Source: Paraspadella gotoi (lineage: Eukaryota > Animalia > Chaetognatha). From it: DNA of 64,000 bases. The DNA lies in the NCBI GenBank assembly GCA_051294375.1, contig CM119264.1, positions 30,694,091-30,758,090 on the forward strand, given 5' to 3'. Numbering within the stretch: position 1 is the first letter of the stretch; each line of letters begins with the position of its first letter. A program made the translations under genes and the position numbers. Shown here in pieces: positions 53,236 to 64,000 of the stretch. The notes beneath the pieces were generated by a model. The model saw only the letters and a program-made list of their open reading frames with translations, was not told where the DNA came from and ran no database searches.

Positions 53236-56200
53236 AATGCGGCGGAATGAACTTCTGGCTCTCTCATCAACCTCTTTTTTTATTACGCGGCGCGCTCATT
53301 TTGATTTTATCAAATTAAAATTAATTAATAAGTGCGGGATTCCTTTTTTTATTTTAAAATCTCTGCATAGCCACACTAGATGGAAAGCGGCTGCTAACTT
53401 TCTTATTCTATTTTGATTGGCGGACTCAACGCTAGTTAACGGTAAGCTGTTCTAATCCTTTAAACTTTCTCTTTTCTCTCATCTTTAAGTCTTTCTTTTT
53501 GGTACTGTCTGTCCTTTTTTAATCAGCCTTAACTCTGTCCTACCACCCGTTGTATGCCTCTCTCTCTTCTCATCTCTCTCTCTCTTCCTCTCTCTCTCTC
53601 TCTCTACTCGTCTCTCTCTCTCTCTAAGCTCATAACATCTTTAGCTTATACGATAATTACGTTGCAAACTCGACGCTACAATTTTATCTATTCTTTAAAC
53701 AAGGATTACCAAATATAAAAAAAACTGTCTCATTGAGCGGGGATCGATCCTCAGAACCTCGAGAATGGCGAATGAAATCGCGAAAAGTTCGATTATTCGA
53801 ATCTGTCGGAATGCCATGACATTAATCGACGATTGGGATGAATCAAAATTTGCATGATTGGGACTGCGGAATTCAAAAATCGATGATGCCTGATTGGAAT
53901 CAAAATCGGATGATTTCGGAATGCCGAATCAAATCGGTATGATTTGGATAAATCCGAAATCGCGCATGATTATGATCGATTGAAATGCGAAGTATCAATT
54001 GAATCGTGGTGAGGACGGATCAAAATGATGATTAGGACGGAACCTTCATACAAATCGTATGATATGGAAGGAAATCAAAATTCGGATTATTGATGAAATC
54101 GAATGGAATCAGATTGATTTATATTTTCGCGTACTGGGAATCGCAAATCGATGATTGGATTGGACATCTAAATCGTATGATTGGATGGAAATCGAGAATC
54201 GATGATTGGAAGTAATCAAATATCCGTGATTATTGGAATGAAATCTGAATCGATGATTTGATTGCGAGATCGACAATTCGACGATTGGCGATTGGAATCG
54301 AATTGCATGATTGGATGGAATTGAAATTGATGTGACGTTGGATGTGTTGGAATCAAGATATTGATGATTGATGAATCTAGCAGCCATTCTGATGATTGGC
54401 GATTGAAAAATCAAAGAATTGGATACCTGATCAGTGGACGAATTCAAAATCGTCATGATTGGGTGGAATTCAACAATTGTGATGACTTGCAATGGAATAT
54501 CAACAATTGTGAAGATTGGTATGGAATCGAAATCGATGATTGGACTCTTTCTCTAATTCGAACATCGATGATGTAGGACTGTAATCGACCGCGAACCTCT
54601 TGGATGCATTTGAGAATGGAATCGAAATCAATAGATTATGAAGGTATCGAAATCAAAGCCTTGCGACGGACATCTAGGCGTCCCAGATCGGATGTATTGG
54701 AAGGTAATCTCAAAAGATCGATTATTGATGAAATCGACCATCGATGAATTGGATTGGAATCAAAGCACTGCATATGATTTGGATGGGAAGATTCGAATTC
54801 GGATGATTGGATGGGGAATCAAAATCCTGTTATTGATTGGATGTGAATCGATAATCGGATGAATGTATGGAATCGAATCATACGAATTTGGTGGATGGTA
54901 TCAAAAATCGACGCGAATTGGGATTGGAATTCCAAATCGGCAATGTTGATTGGATGGAATCTGCAGAACGATTTGATTACGCTAATGCTGTTCTTGGAAC
55001 TCACAATCAGTCGAATGAGTTGGGAGTGGAATCGCATCAATCTGTAGAATTGGTGATTTGGCATTGCGAATCGTGAAGACTGTGGTATGACTTGCGATGG
55101 GAACTCAAAATCCGATGGATTGCGATGGGAATCAAAATGTTGATTTCGGCGGACACAGTTGGACTGAAGTCCGAAAGATGGAAGATTATGGATGGAATCG
55201 ATAATCGGATGATTGGATGGCGATTCGAAATCGCTATGATTGGATGCCGAATTTGAAATCGTGATGACTTGGGATGGAATGCAAATCCCCGACGCAGTCT
55301 AAGATTGGCAGACCGGGAATTCAAGAATCGGCAGGTTATTGGATGAAATCCGGAATATTGCCTCGGATGGGATTGGGATGTGCGAATCTAAAATCAATGA
55401 TAGGGTGCGATGGAGATCGAGCATTCCGTAAGTATTTGCGACTTGGAATCGAAAATCGGGTGCATGGACTGAATGCGAAATTCGCTCATCATCCGTGCAC
55501 ATGGACTGGCGTATGATGTCTCGGCACATCAACGATTGGCCACTGGCTATCAAAACTCGCACGGATTGGATGGCAATCCAAATGGTGATGCGATGGAATC
55601 AAATTGATGATTGGATGGAATTTCAAATCGATGACTTTGTGGATGGGAATCAAAATCTCATGGAATTGGATTGGTAATCGCAAAATGTTGCCAGTGATTG
55701 GCAGTGGAATCAACCAATCGATGCACTTGGATTGGAATTCAAAATGTGGATTGATTGAGGTGGAATCAACAAATTGAAGACTTGGATGCAATCGAAATTC
55801 GTATGGATTCGGATGGGATTCGAAATCGATTGATTGGACTGGAATTTAAATTCTTATCGACTTGGGCATGCGAATCGTCGAGAATCCGAATACGGTCATA
55901 TGTTGGATCAGTGAATCTGCTCATTATAACTAATCGCCGATAACTTACGTGTGCTCCACTCGTTTGAGCTACTCCGCCCTTGGCGATGGCGAATCGAAAT
56001 CGAGTTGATCTGCTGACGCGAGGAATCGAAACGTCCCAGATACTGATTTGACGATGGAGATCGATCGAATATCGAAGTAGTTGACTCGGAATCGCAAAGT
56101 CCGAAACGTTGTCACTTTAGCATGGAAGCTCTCGAATCGGATGGACCTGCGTTTGCTGAAGTGACAACTGCGACAAGCTCCGACTCTTGATTGGATGGAA

Positions 56201-56590
56201 TTCGGAACATCCTCGCTGGATTCTGATTGGACGTATCTGGAATCAATACTCGACATTCTCGCCCGCTACTCTTGGGCGTTGTCCTAGCTCAACAGTAGTA
56301 GAAAAGAGCCAACTGGCTGCCGTTACTCGACCCTACCGTTCGGTCCCACCATTTGTCTCTTTTTGGTTTTCCAATGAACTGCTGTTATCGGTTTTGATCG
56401 ATCCTGTATATTGACTGTATCGATTTTTAGTCGTATTTATTGGTTTAGTATGACTTAAATGATTCGTCTGTCCGATATCACGACCTAAGCTTGAATGAAG
56501 TATTGAAACGCTCATTGTCATCGTGTCTTTCGATTTGTAGTTACTTCTTAATGCGCGATCTCTCGAGTTTATGTTATACCCCTCCTCTCC
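53236..56590 (+). repeat. Error-rich duplicate of ~51112-53210 (flanks plus 23-bp satellite), probably an unpolished long read
   Basis: Same flanks (aatgcggcggatgaacttctg... and ...catttgtcttttttggtttccaatgaa) with pervasive insertions; follows a 25-N gap. Confidence 0.9.
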
Positions 56591-57469
56591 TCCCGAGACG
56601 CACTCTCTCCCTCTACCGTTCCCCGCTCTTTCAGTTGTGTTCGATCTCCTCGCACCATCGTCCTCCCCGATCTTGCTATCGCTATTCGCCTCGTTATCTG
56701 CTGCCTCACTCTTTGCATCCTTCTCCTCCTCTACCTTCTTCACATGTCCCTCTGTATCATCTCGAGCCTTCCGCTTCGTCGGTCGTCCGCTAAACTCTCT
56801 AGTATCCGTGTTTACCTCCACTTCACCTCCGTACTGCCCTTTGCGCCGTCCTCTCTCTGTACCTCCTGTCATATCCCTACGCTCTGCTCCTCTCCGCGTC
56901 TCGCCTTCCAAGTACCTGCTCCCCGTCGTCCTCGTCGTATCCTCTCTCCACTCCGGTCCCCTCTCCCTCTCCCTCCCGCCTGGTTCCCTTCCCTCTCTCG
57001 TCCTCTCCCTCTTCCCCCCTCATTCCTCTCCCCCTCTCCCTCTTCCCTCTCTATCTCCTCTCCCCCTCTACTAGCGTCCCCCTCTCCCTCTTCCCCCGCT
57101 CTATCCGTCTTGCCCCCTCACCTCGCCCGCCTCCTTTTCCCCTCCCCAATCCATTTTTCATCCACCCCGACGTTTATCTGGGTCAATAACGAAAAAAGGG
57201 AACGATATCGATGCCTGGTGGCAGATGCCATTAATCGAATGGCACGGCGGGGAATCTACTGGCAAGTCGTGAACGAGGGGCCTGGCGACGCGTTGAGACG
57301 CCTGGCAAAGCTGACAGGCGACGTTGACGTCGGGAAATCAAATCGCTGTTCCTTTGTTTTTTTGATGTTTTTTTTTTTCTTTTTTTTCTTTCGTTTGTTT
57401 TTTGTTCGTAATAAACTTGGTTGTCGTTTTTCTTCTCCTTTTCGTGTTTTTGTTTTCAATTGTTGACGT

Positions 57470-57652
57470 AGGCGTTGGTGTTGGCGTTGCTGTTGGTGTT
57501 CGTGTTGGCGTTGGCGTTGGCGTTGGAGTTTGCGTTGGTGTTGGCGTTGCACTTGGTGATGGCGTTTGCATTGCAGTTGGCGTCGCACTTGGCTTTGGCT
57601 TTCATATTGCAGTTGGCGTTGCTGTTGGCGTTTGCATTGCGGTTGGCGTCGG
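57470..57652. repeat. (GGCGTT)n degenerate hexanucleotide repeat
   Basis: Directly visible. Confidence 0.9.
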
Positions 57653-58213
57653 CGCCAATAAAGCAACAAGAGAAACCTTGATCTTATCCTTTTTCTTTTC
57701 TTTGATTAATGTTCGCGCAAAAAGACAATGAATCTAAAGATTCGCATCAAACCTAAAACCGAGGAAGCAAAACACGAGTTGCCACTTGCCATCTCTTTCG
57801 CCACAATCGTAGCGAATGGAAATAAACGGCACATGGAAGATAGATAGATTGAATAAGATCGCGGATTTTGGATGAAACTAAGAAACAGGGAAATAGAACA
57901 GTGGTGCTCATTTAGACTTAGCGATACAGTTAAACCGGAACCGGTCAAGAAAAGGCAGTACCGGGTCAGTGTTTTAAAAATATGATGCAAAATACAATTC
58001 AATAATCGATCAACCACCACTGTATTTCCGAGTGCCAAAAACAATCTCGCACAACAGTTAATGTTTTAAAATAATACAGAAGAACTTTAAAGACCAGAAA
58101 GAAAATAAATAATTATTGTCTTTCGCTGCTGATAATATTCATTTTTAAACTTAAGATAAGCATTTCACTTCTTATTTCGACAACGTCAGCTTCTCTGGAC
58201 GAGTTTACATTTA

Positions 58214-58245
<32 letters not shown>

Positions 58246-59683
58246 TCACTCTCTCTCTCGTTTCTGGCCAGCTTCCATCGCATCAAAATGCGTAAAATCG
58301 CCCTCTTCTCTTCTCTCCTTCATCTTAATCGAAAATTTAAAATAAAAAATAATGTTGCTTACCTAAAATAAAAGTTAATGACAAAAATAATAATTGAAAA
58401 TATTGTGAGGTTTTGAATGATTAAGATGTTTGAGTTGCCTCGAACGTATTTTTTATTTGGTTAACTTTTGGACTAATGAGAATTCAACGTATTTTTTAAA
58501 TGTTTATTTACATTAAAAACAGACGACGAGGAATTAAAACGGTCCAATTTATAACAATTTATAAACGAGTTAAAAAGGATTTAGAACAATTTAAAAAAAT
58601 AACGTAAAAACGAACAACCTAGTATCTTTTTCACGAAGCAACTGAAGATTCTACAAAATTTCAAATCAAACGTGATTTAAAATAACTCAGATAGCCTCGG
58701 CCATCCCCTTTTCCCTCTTCTTCAATTATTCGTCGACGCGACTCCGAATCGCGAAACAGGGAAACTTCAGACAAGATATTCGCATTCTAAGCCGTCGGAC
58801 GTCGAGCCGTCTCCACCTACGGCGAAAAAGAATTAGTAAAAAATCATTAAGATTTTAAAGTATTTTGATTTCAAAGTATCAAAATTTTTAAGTATTAAAT
58901 TTACATTGAGTAAGAATTCGTATTTTCTCGTTTATAAAATGGATGACGTTGTGAAAAAATTCTCGCCTAAATAATATATTTATTCTATTATCATAATTCT
59001 CTCTAAACTTAACAGACACCAGACGCTTACATATCAATTTAAAAACTTTAAAATTCGCTTTTGATAATTGAAACCNNNNNNNNNNNNNNNNNNNNNNNNN
59101 NNNNNNNNNNNNNNNNNNNNNNNNNNNNNNNNNNNNNNNNNNNNNNNNNNNNNNNNNNNNNNNNNNNNNNNNNNNNNNNNNNNNNNNNNNNNNNNNNNNN
59201 NNNNNNNNNNNNNNNNNNNNNNNNNNNNNNNNNNNNNNNNNNNNNNNNNNNNNNNNNNNNNNNNNNNNNNNNNNNNNNNNNNNNNNNNNNNNNNNNNNNN
59301 NNNNNNNNNNNNNNNNNNNNNNNNNNNCAACGACGACGAACGATAACGATGACAACATGACATCATGATGATGATTATGATGTTGACGAAAATAATTATA
59401 ATGACATGATGATGACAATCTTGATGACAACAACAAACAACAACAACGACGATGCGATAACGATGCGACCGCTGTTTTAACGGCAATCGGCCAACGGCAA
59501 AACGGCACGAGATAGCGACGACGAAACGACCGACGACAAACGACGACGACTTAAAAAAAAATCACATGGCGAATGTTTGACGTCGCTCGGCAACCAGCGC
59601 CACACGGAGGACAACAAATTAATCGTTGCTTCATCATTTGAGGAGATGATATCTCTCACTTTTGTTTATGACAGGGAATAGTT

Positions 59684-59737
<54 letters not shown>

Positions 59738-60412
59738 AGAGACAGAAGATAGTTTGTTTATGTACTCTTTCTCTTTTTCTATCTGTCTCTCCTCTCTCTT
59801 TTTCCTCCATCCATTTCACCCTTACTCCTTTCCCCATTCATCTCTCTCTCACTCTCTTTCTCTCTCTCTCTTCTTCTCTCCCTCTCTCTCTCTCTCTGTG
59901 TCGCCGCAAAATTCCAGCGACGCCAAAATCATCGTCGATTCGCCGGAAGTCGTCTCGCCTCGCGGCGAGATTGTGGCGCCGAGAAAGGAGGGCGGCTGCG
60001 GCGGGGGCGCGTCGTTTCGAGGTAGATGGCGCAGTGAGTCCGCGGTAAAGGGAAGGGTGCAAGGTGAGAGTAAGTTGAATGAGAGAGATCGTGCGTTGGG
60101 GAATCGTCAAGTAGAGAAAGTGGATAGGGATGTGAATAGAGATGTGGATAGGGATTGGATAGGGATGTAGATAGGATTGGAGAGAGAGAGAGAGAGGAAG
60201 AGAGAGAGAAGAAGAGAGAGAGAAAGAAGATTTTGGCTTTTCAACTGGTCTCCTCTCCGTTTGGTCCGCCATTGCTAACAGTCTCTCATTTCCCAACTCT
60301 GGATTTCAAGATTAAACTCGCGCAATATAAAATAATGAAACGGAAAAATGAAAGTGACTGTGGCTCATTTTTACAACCGATTTTTAAAAAAAAGTACTAT
60401 AGAATTCTACCG

Positions 60413-60455
<43 letters not shown>

Positions 60456-60969
60456 CTCTCCTCTCTCTTCTCTCTCTCCTCGCTCTTTCACTGTCTCCCT
60501 CTCTTTTCAACATCAAGCGATGAAATTCAAATCCATTAAAGGGCTCCTTTTTTTTTCTCTTCGTCCTTTTATTTTCCTTTCAACGGGTCTAGCTTCTAGA
60601 GTCGTCCGTTTGGTGGCGCGCGAACAAAAGGTAAACAAAACGAACAAAAGGTAAACAATTCGTTACGCGCGTTGAAAAGGCGGACCCGTCTGAAAATCGA
60701 AAAGAAAATGGCGACGTGTTTGAATGAATGGAATATAAAAGGATATCGCTCGATTTATTCGTTTGTTCGTTCATTCGCTTATTGATTCAGACATTCGTTT
60801 ATTCATTCATACTTTCATTAATTTGTTTATTTCTTTTTTCATTCATTTTTTACCATCGTTCATGCATCCATTTATTCATTTATTAGTTAAATAATTCATT
60901 TATTCATTCATTCCTTCTTACATTATGTATCATTTTTTTTTTCGTGACATCTATCTCTTTTTTAACTTT

Positions 60970-60970
<1 letters not shown>

Positions 60971-61065
<95 letters not shown>
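60971..61065. repeat. (TATC)n microsatellite
   Basis: Directly visible. Confidence 0.97.
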
Positions 61066-62368
61066 AGCCAGGAGCAGTTACAAGATTTTTTCCTTTTTTT
61101 CTTTCCTTCGAAGTTACCAGATATTTCTACATTTTTTACTGCGTTATAAATCATTGGCATTAGAGATCCGAGTTGTTTACGATCCAGAGAGAGAGAGGCA
61201 GAGAGACCAGGTTTATCTTACCTTTCTTTTTATATGGATGATATATAGTAATATGCGGTTATATTAACGTATAATAAGATGTGGATATAGGAAAGGGAGG
61301 TGTCATGTGACCCGACTGTGGGTTGAGCGCGACTCTGCGCCAGAGTGGATTGGACGGAGGGATGAGGAGGAGGAAGACGACGAGAGGAGAAGGAGGGGGG
61401 AAGAAGGAGAATGAGGGAAGAGTAGCCTCGGGAAGACGAGAAGGCGGCGTCGGTGAAAGCCTTCTTATCTGAGTTATTCGGATGAAATATAATCTTCGAT
61501 AGAAACTTGAGGTGAGGATTAGGATTGTAAGATCGACTGATAGTTCGAGTGTATTACCCATTTAAGACCCGGAACATATAACCTATGACAAAAGTTATGT
61601 GGAAAGACTGAGTATGAATGGACTTCACTTAATAGATAGAAAAAGATTACATAGTATATAAGACATATACATATACTTATGATATTAATCACTTAGTGAC
61701 TTTTTTAAAGGATTAAATACTTTGGATAAAAATCAACTTAATGTACGACATAGGACCTGTGTGAAAGATCGGTGAGGAAGACTCACACATCAATAAGATG
61801 AGACGAACTTTCTCCGTCTATCATCATGACCTAACTTTTCATTTCTTAGCGCCGCTGCATTCTCTCAATCCTTTACTTTATCCTCACTTTTTATACTCGA
61901 TTCCTTTTAACTCACCCTCAGACTTCAGTCTCTTTTAGCCGAACTTACTTTTCTCTGCGTCAGTCGCCTCGAGCGGATGCGTTCGTCGTCGTCGTCGTCG
62001 TCGTCGTCGTTCGTCGTCGTCATCTCGTCTCTCTTAGGAAAAGTGAAATTAAACGAATAGAAATGTTGTTTTATCAGAAAACAAATTCGTTTCTTTGATG
62101 TTTTTATTTTATTTCAAGCTATTAAATAAAATCCAAGATCAACAGACGAAAAAAAATGAAAAAAAAAAAAAACAATATCGAAAAAAAGAAAAAAAAGAAT
62201 TGACAAATAAATATAAGACGATATAATAAAACGATAATCTCTGTCGGAAAATAAATTACCATCATTAAGTTGCCATAGTGATCGCAACTCGCAACCAATT
62301 CTTTTCTCTCCTTTGAAATATATGCTTTCTTTTCATTATTTTTCCCTCAATCTTTCTTTGTCCGGCTC

Positions 62369-62441
<73 letters not shown>

Positions 62442-63020
62442 CCCTTCCCAATACCCGCCCGTCAATCTCTCTCTTCCACTTTTTATTTCTTTTTTTAAAA
62501 GTCCTCTTCTTGGCTACTTATTTTCCGCTGCACAGCTTCTCTCTCTCTCTCTCTCTCTCTCTTTTCTCTTCTCTCTCTCTCTTCTCTCTCTCTCTCTCTC
62601 TCTCTCCTCTTTCTCTCTCTCTCTCTCCGGTTTACGCCAGAATGTTTGTTGATAAGATCTTCTATAAACCGAAACTCGCTGGTTGTAATCTTTTTTCCGG
62701 ATCCGTTTCTCTCAGGATCTTAGTTTTTTTTGCTCCGCAACTCAAAAAGCAAAAAAGCAAAAACTGATACTGTAACGATTGTTTTAGTAAGATTAATTTT
62801 TTTTTTTAATTAGAAAAACGCGAAAAAAAAAAGAAAAGGAGAAAACGCAAAAAAAGGAAATAAAAGAGAAGGAAAGAGAGAAGGAGAAAAAGAGAAAAAA
62901 GAGAGAGAGAGAGAAAGACAGAAAGACAGAGATTTGAAAAAGAAAGAGAAAACCTAAAAATAGAAGAAAAAAAACACGTAAGATATAAAAAAAGGAAAGT
63001 ACAAACAAAGGAAGTTAAAT

Positions 63021-63280
63021 AAGAACGGTAATTCGAATGTGTTCCGCAGTAACTTTAATTTCACATGTATTTCCCTTCGATCATATTCCTATTTATTCCT
63101 TATAGTTTTTAGGAATTCCTGAAGGCGGCGCTAGCAGTCTTTTAGACTTTCTGTCTTAAACAAATTAGCAACCAACTATAGGCAAATTATATGCATTTTT
63201 ATGTAAGTGGGACGACGAAAATGCATGGAGACGAAACAGACCGACCGAAAAGCGCTTATAAATACTCGCGGCGCACTAAA
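63021..63280 (-). mobile_element. HINE/DINE-1-like element, same family as 594-926, lacking an internal ~50-bp segment
   Basis: The reverse complement shares tataag..ttttcggtcggtc, cccacttac, tagttggttgct, agactgctagcgcc, aactataaggaataaa and gaattaccgttct with 594-926. Confidence 0.7.
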
Positions 63281-63505
63281 AAGATGCAGAAAATTAAAAG
63301 GAATCTCCACATCTGTCCGATCACCCTGTTACCCTGTACCCGTGTCCGACATGAAACGACACTCGGTTTTCCGCCATCAAGATTTGTTATGACGCTACGG
63401 CCAAAAAAATGTCCACTTCTTTCTGTTCAGGACGAAATAGAAAATTGACAAAAGAGGAAAGAGGAAAACGTAGAAAAGAAGAGAGAGAGAGAGAAAGAGA
63501 GAGAG

Positions 63506-63539
<34 letters not shown>

Positions 63540-63690
63540 GAGGAGAGAGAGACTTCGCTTTTTGATCTTCCTTTTTATCTCAATCATTTGTTGTCTCTGT
63601 CTCTATCTTTCTCTACGTATTTTTTTTATTTCTCTCTTTCAATTTATTATCTCTATTTTACCGTCTCTATCCTCCACGTCCATTTTCAAG

Positions 63691-63751
<61 letters not shown>

Positions 63752-64000
63752 TTTCTCTCATCTTCTTTTTCTCTAATTTTCTTTCTCTCTCTATCTCTCT
63801 CTCTCTCTTTCTGTGAAAAAATTCACTCGGAAGTCGAATATGATGAATTGGTTGTTCTAAATGAGTCATACAAGTGTGAAATGTTATAAAATACCATTTT
63901 CTGTTATATATCAAATAACATAGATAACTAAGCACATCGTTAATCGTATAGAGAGAGTGTGGAAAGTTAAAAAAGAAACAGGATCTATTGTGTAAATACT

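Noticed and set aside
53236-57160. Ancient diverged paralogue of the satellite region with many novel ORFs
   Set aside because: The insertion-dominated error pattern next to a 25-N gap indicates an unpolished long read, so the ORFs are spurious.

Overview
Draft eukaryotic (probably invertebrate) scaffold: AT-rich, saturated with microsatellites, with several N gaps and noisy long-read patches. I can support no host protein-coding gene; most of the ORF track comes from simple repeats or N runs. The main content is a nested BEL/Pao LTR-retrotransposon cluster at 12868-27214. A minus-strand LTR (12868-13982) is interrupted by a 620-bp foldback element and by a plus-strand BEL/Pao element (5' LTR 13983-14702, frameshifted gag-pol ~15372-22386). 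That element runs on for at least 4.8 kb past pol with no 3' LTR. The extension holds a candidate antisense Cys-rich gene, a five-copy hairpin array and possibly a second antisense ORF. A related solo LTR with a 5-bp target-site duplication (TSD) lies at 3945-4703. The LTR family carries a 73-74 nt GT-AG intron that is present in two copies and precisely absent from the third. The empty insertion site reappears after the 25-N gap at 27215-27239. Also present: a Tc1-like transposase remnant, HINE/DINE-like elements, a 23-bp satellite, several minisatellites, and duplications that are probably assembly artefacts. All alignments and translations were done by eye.
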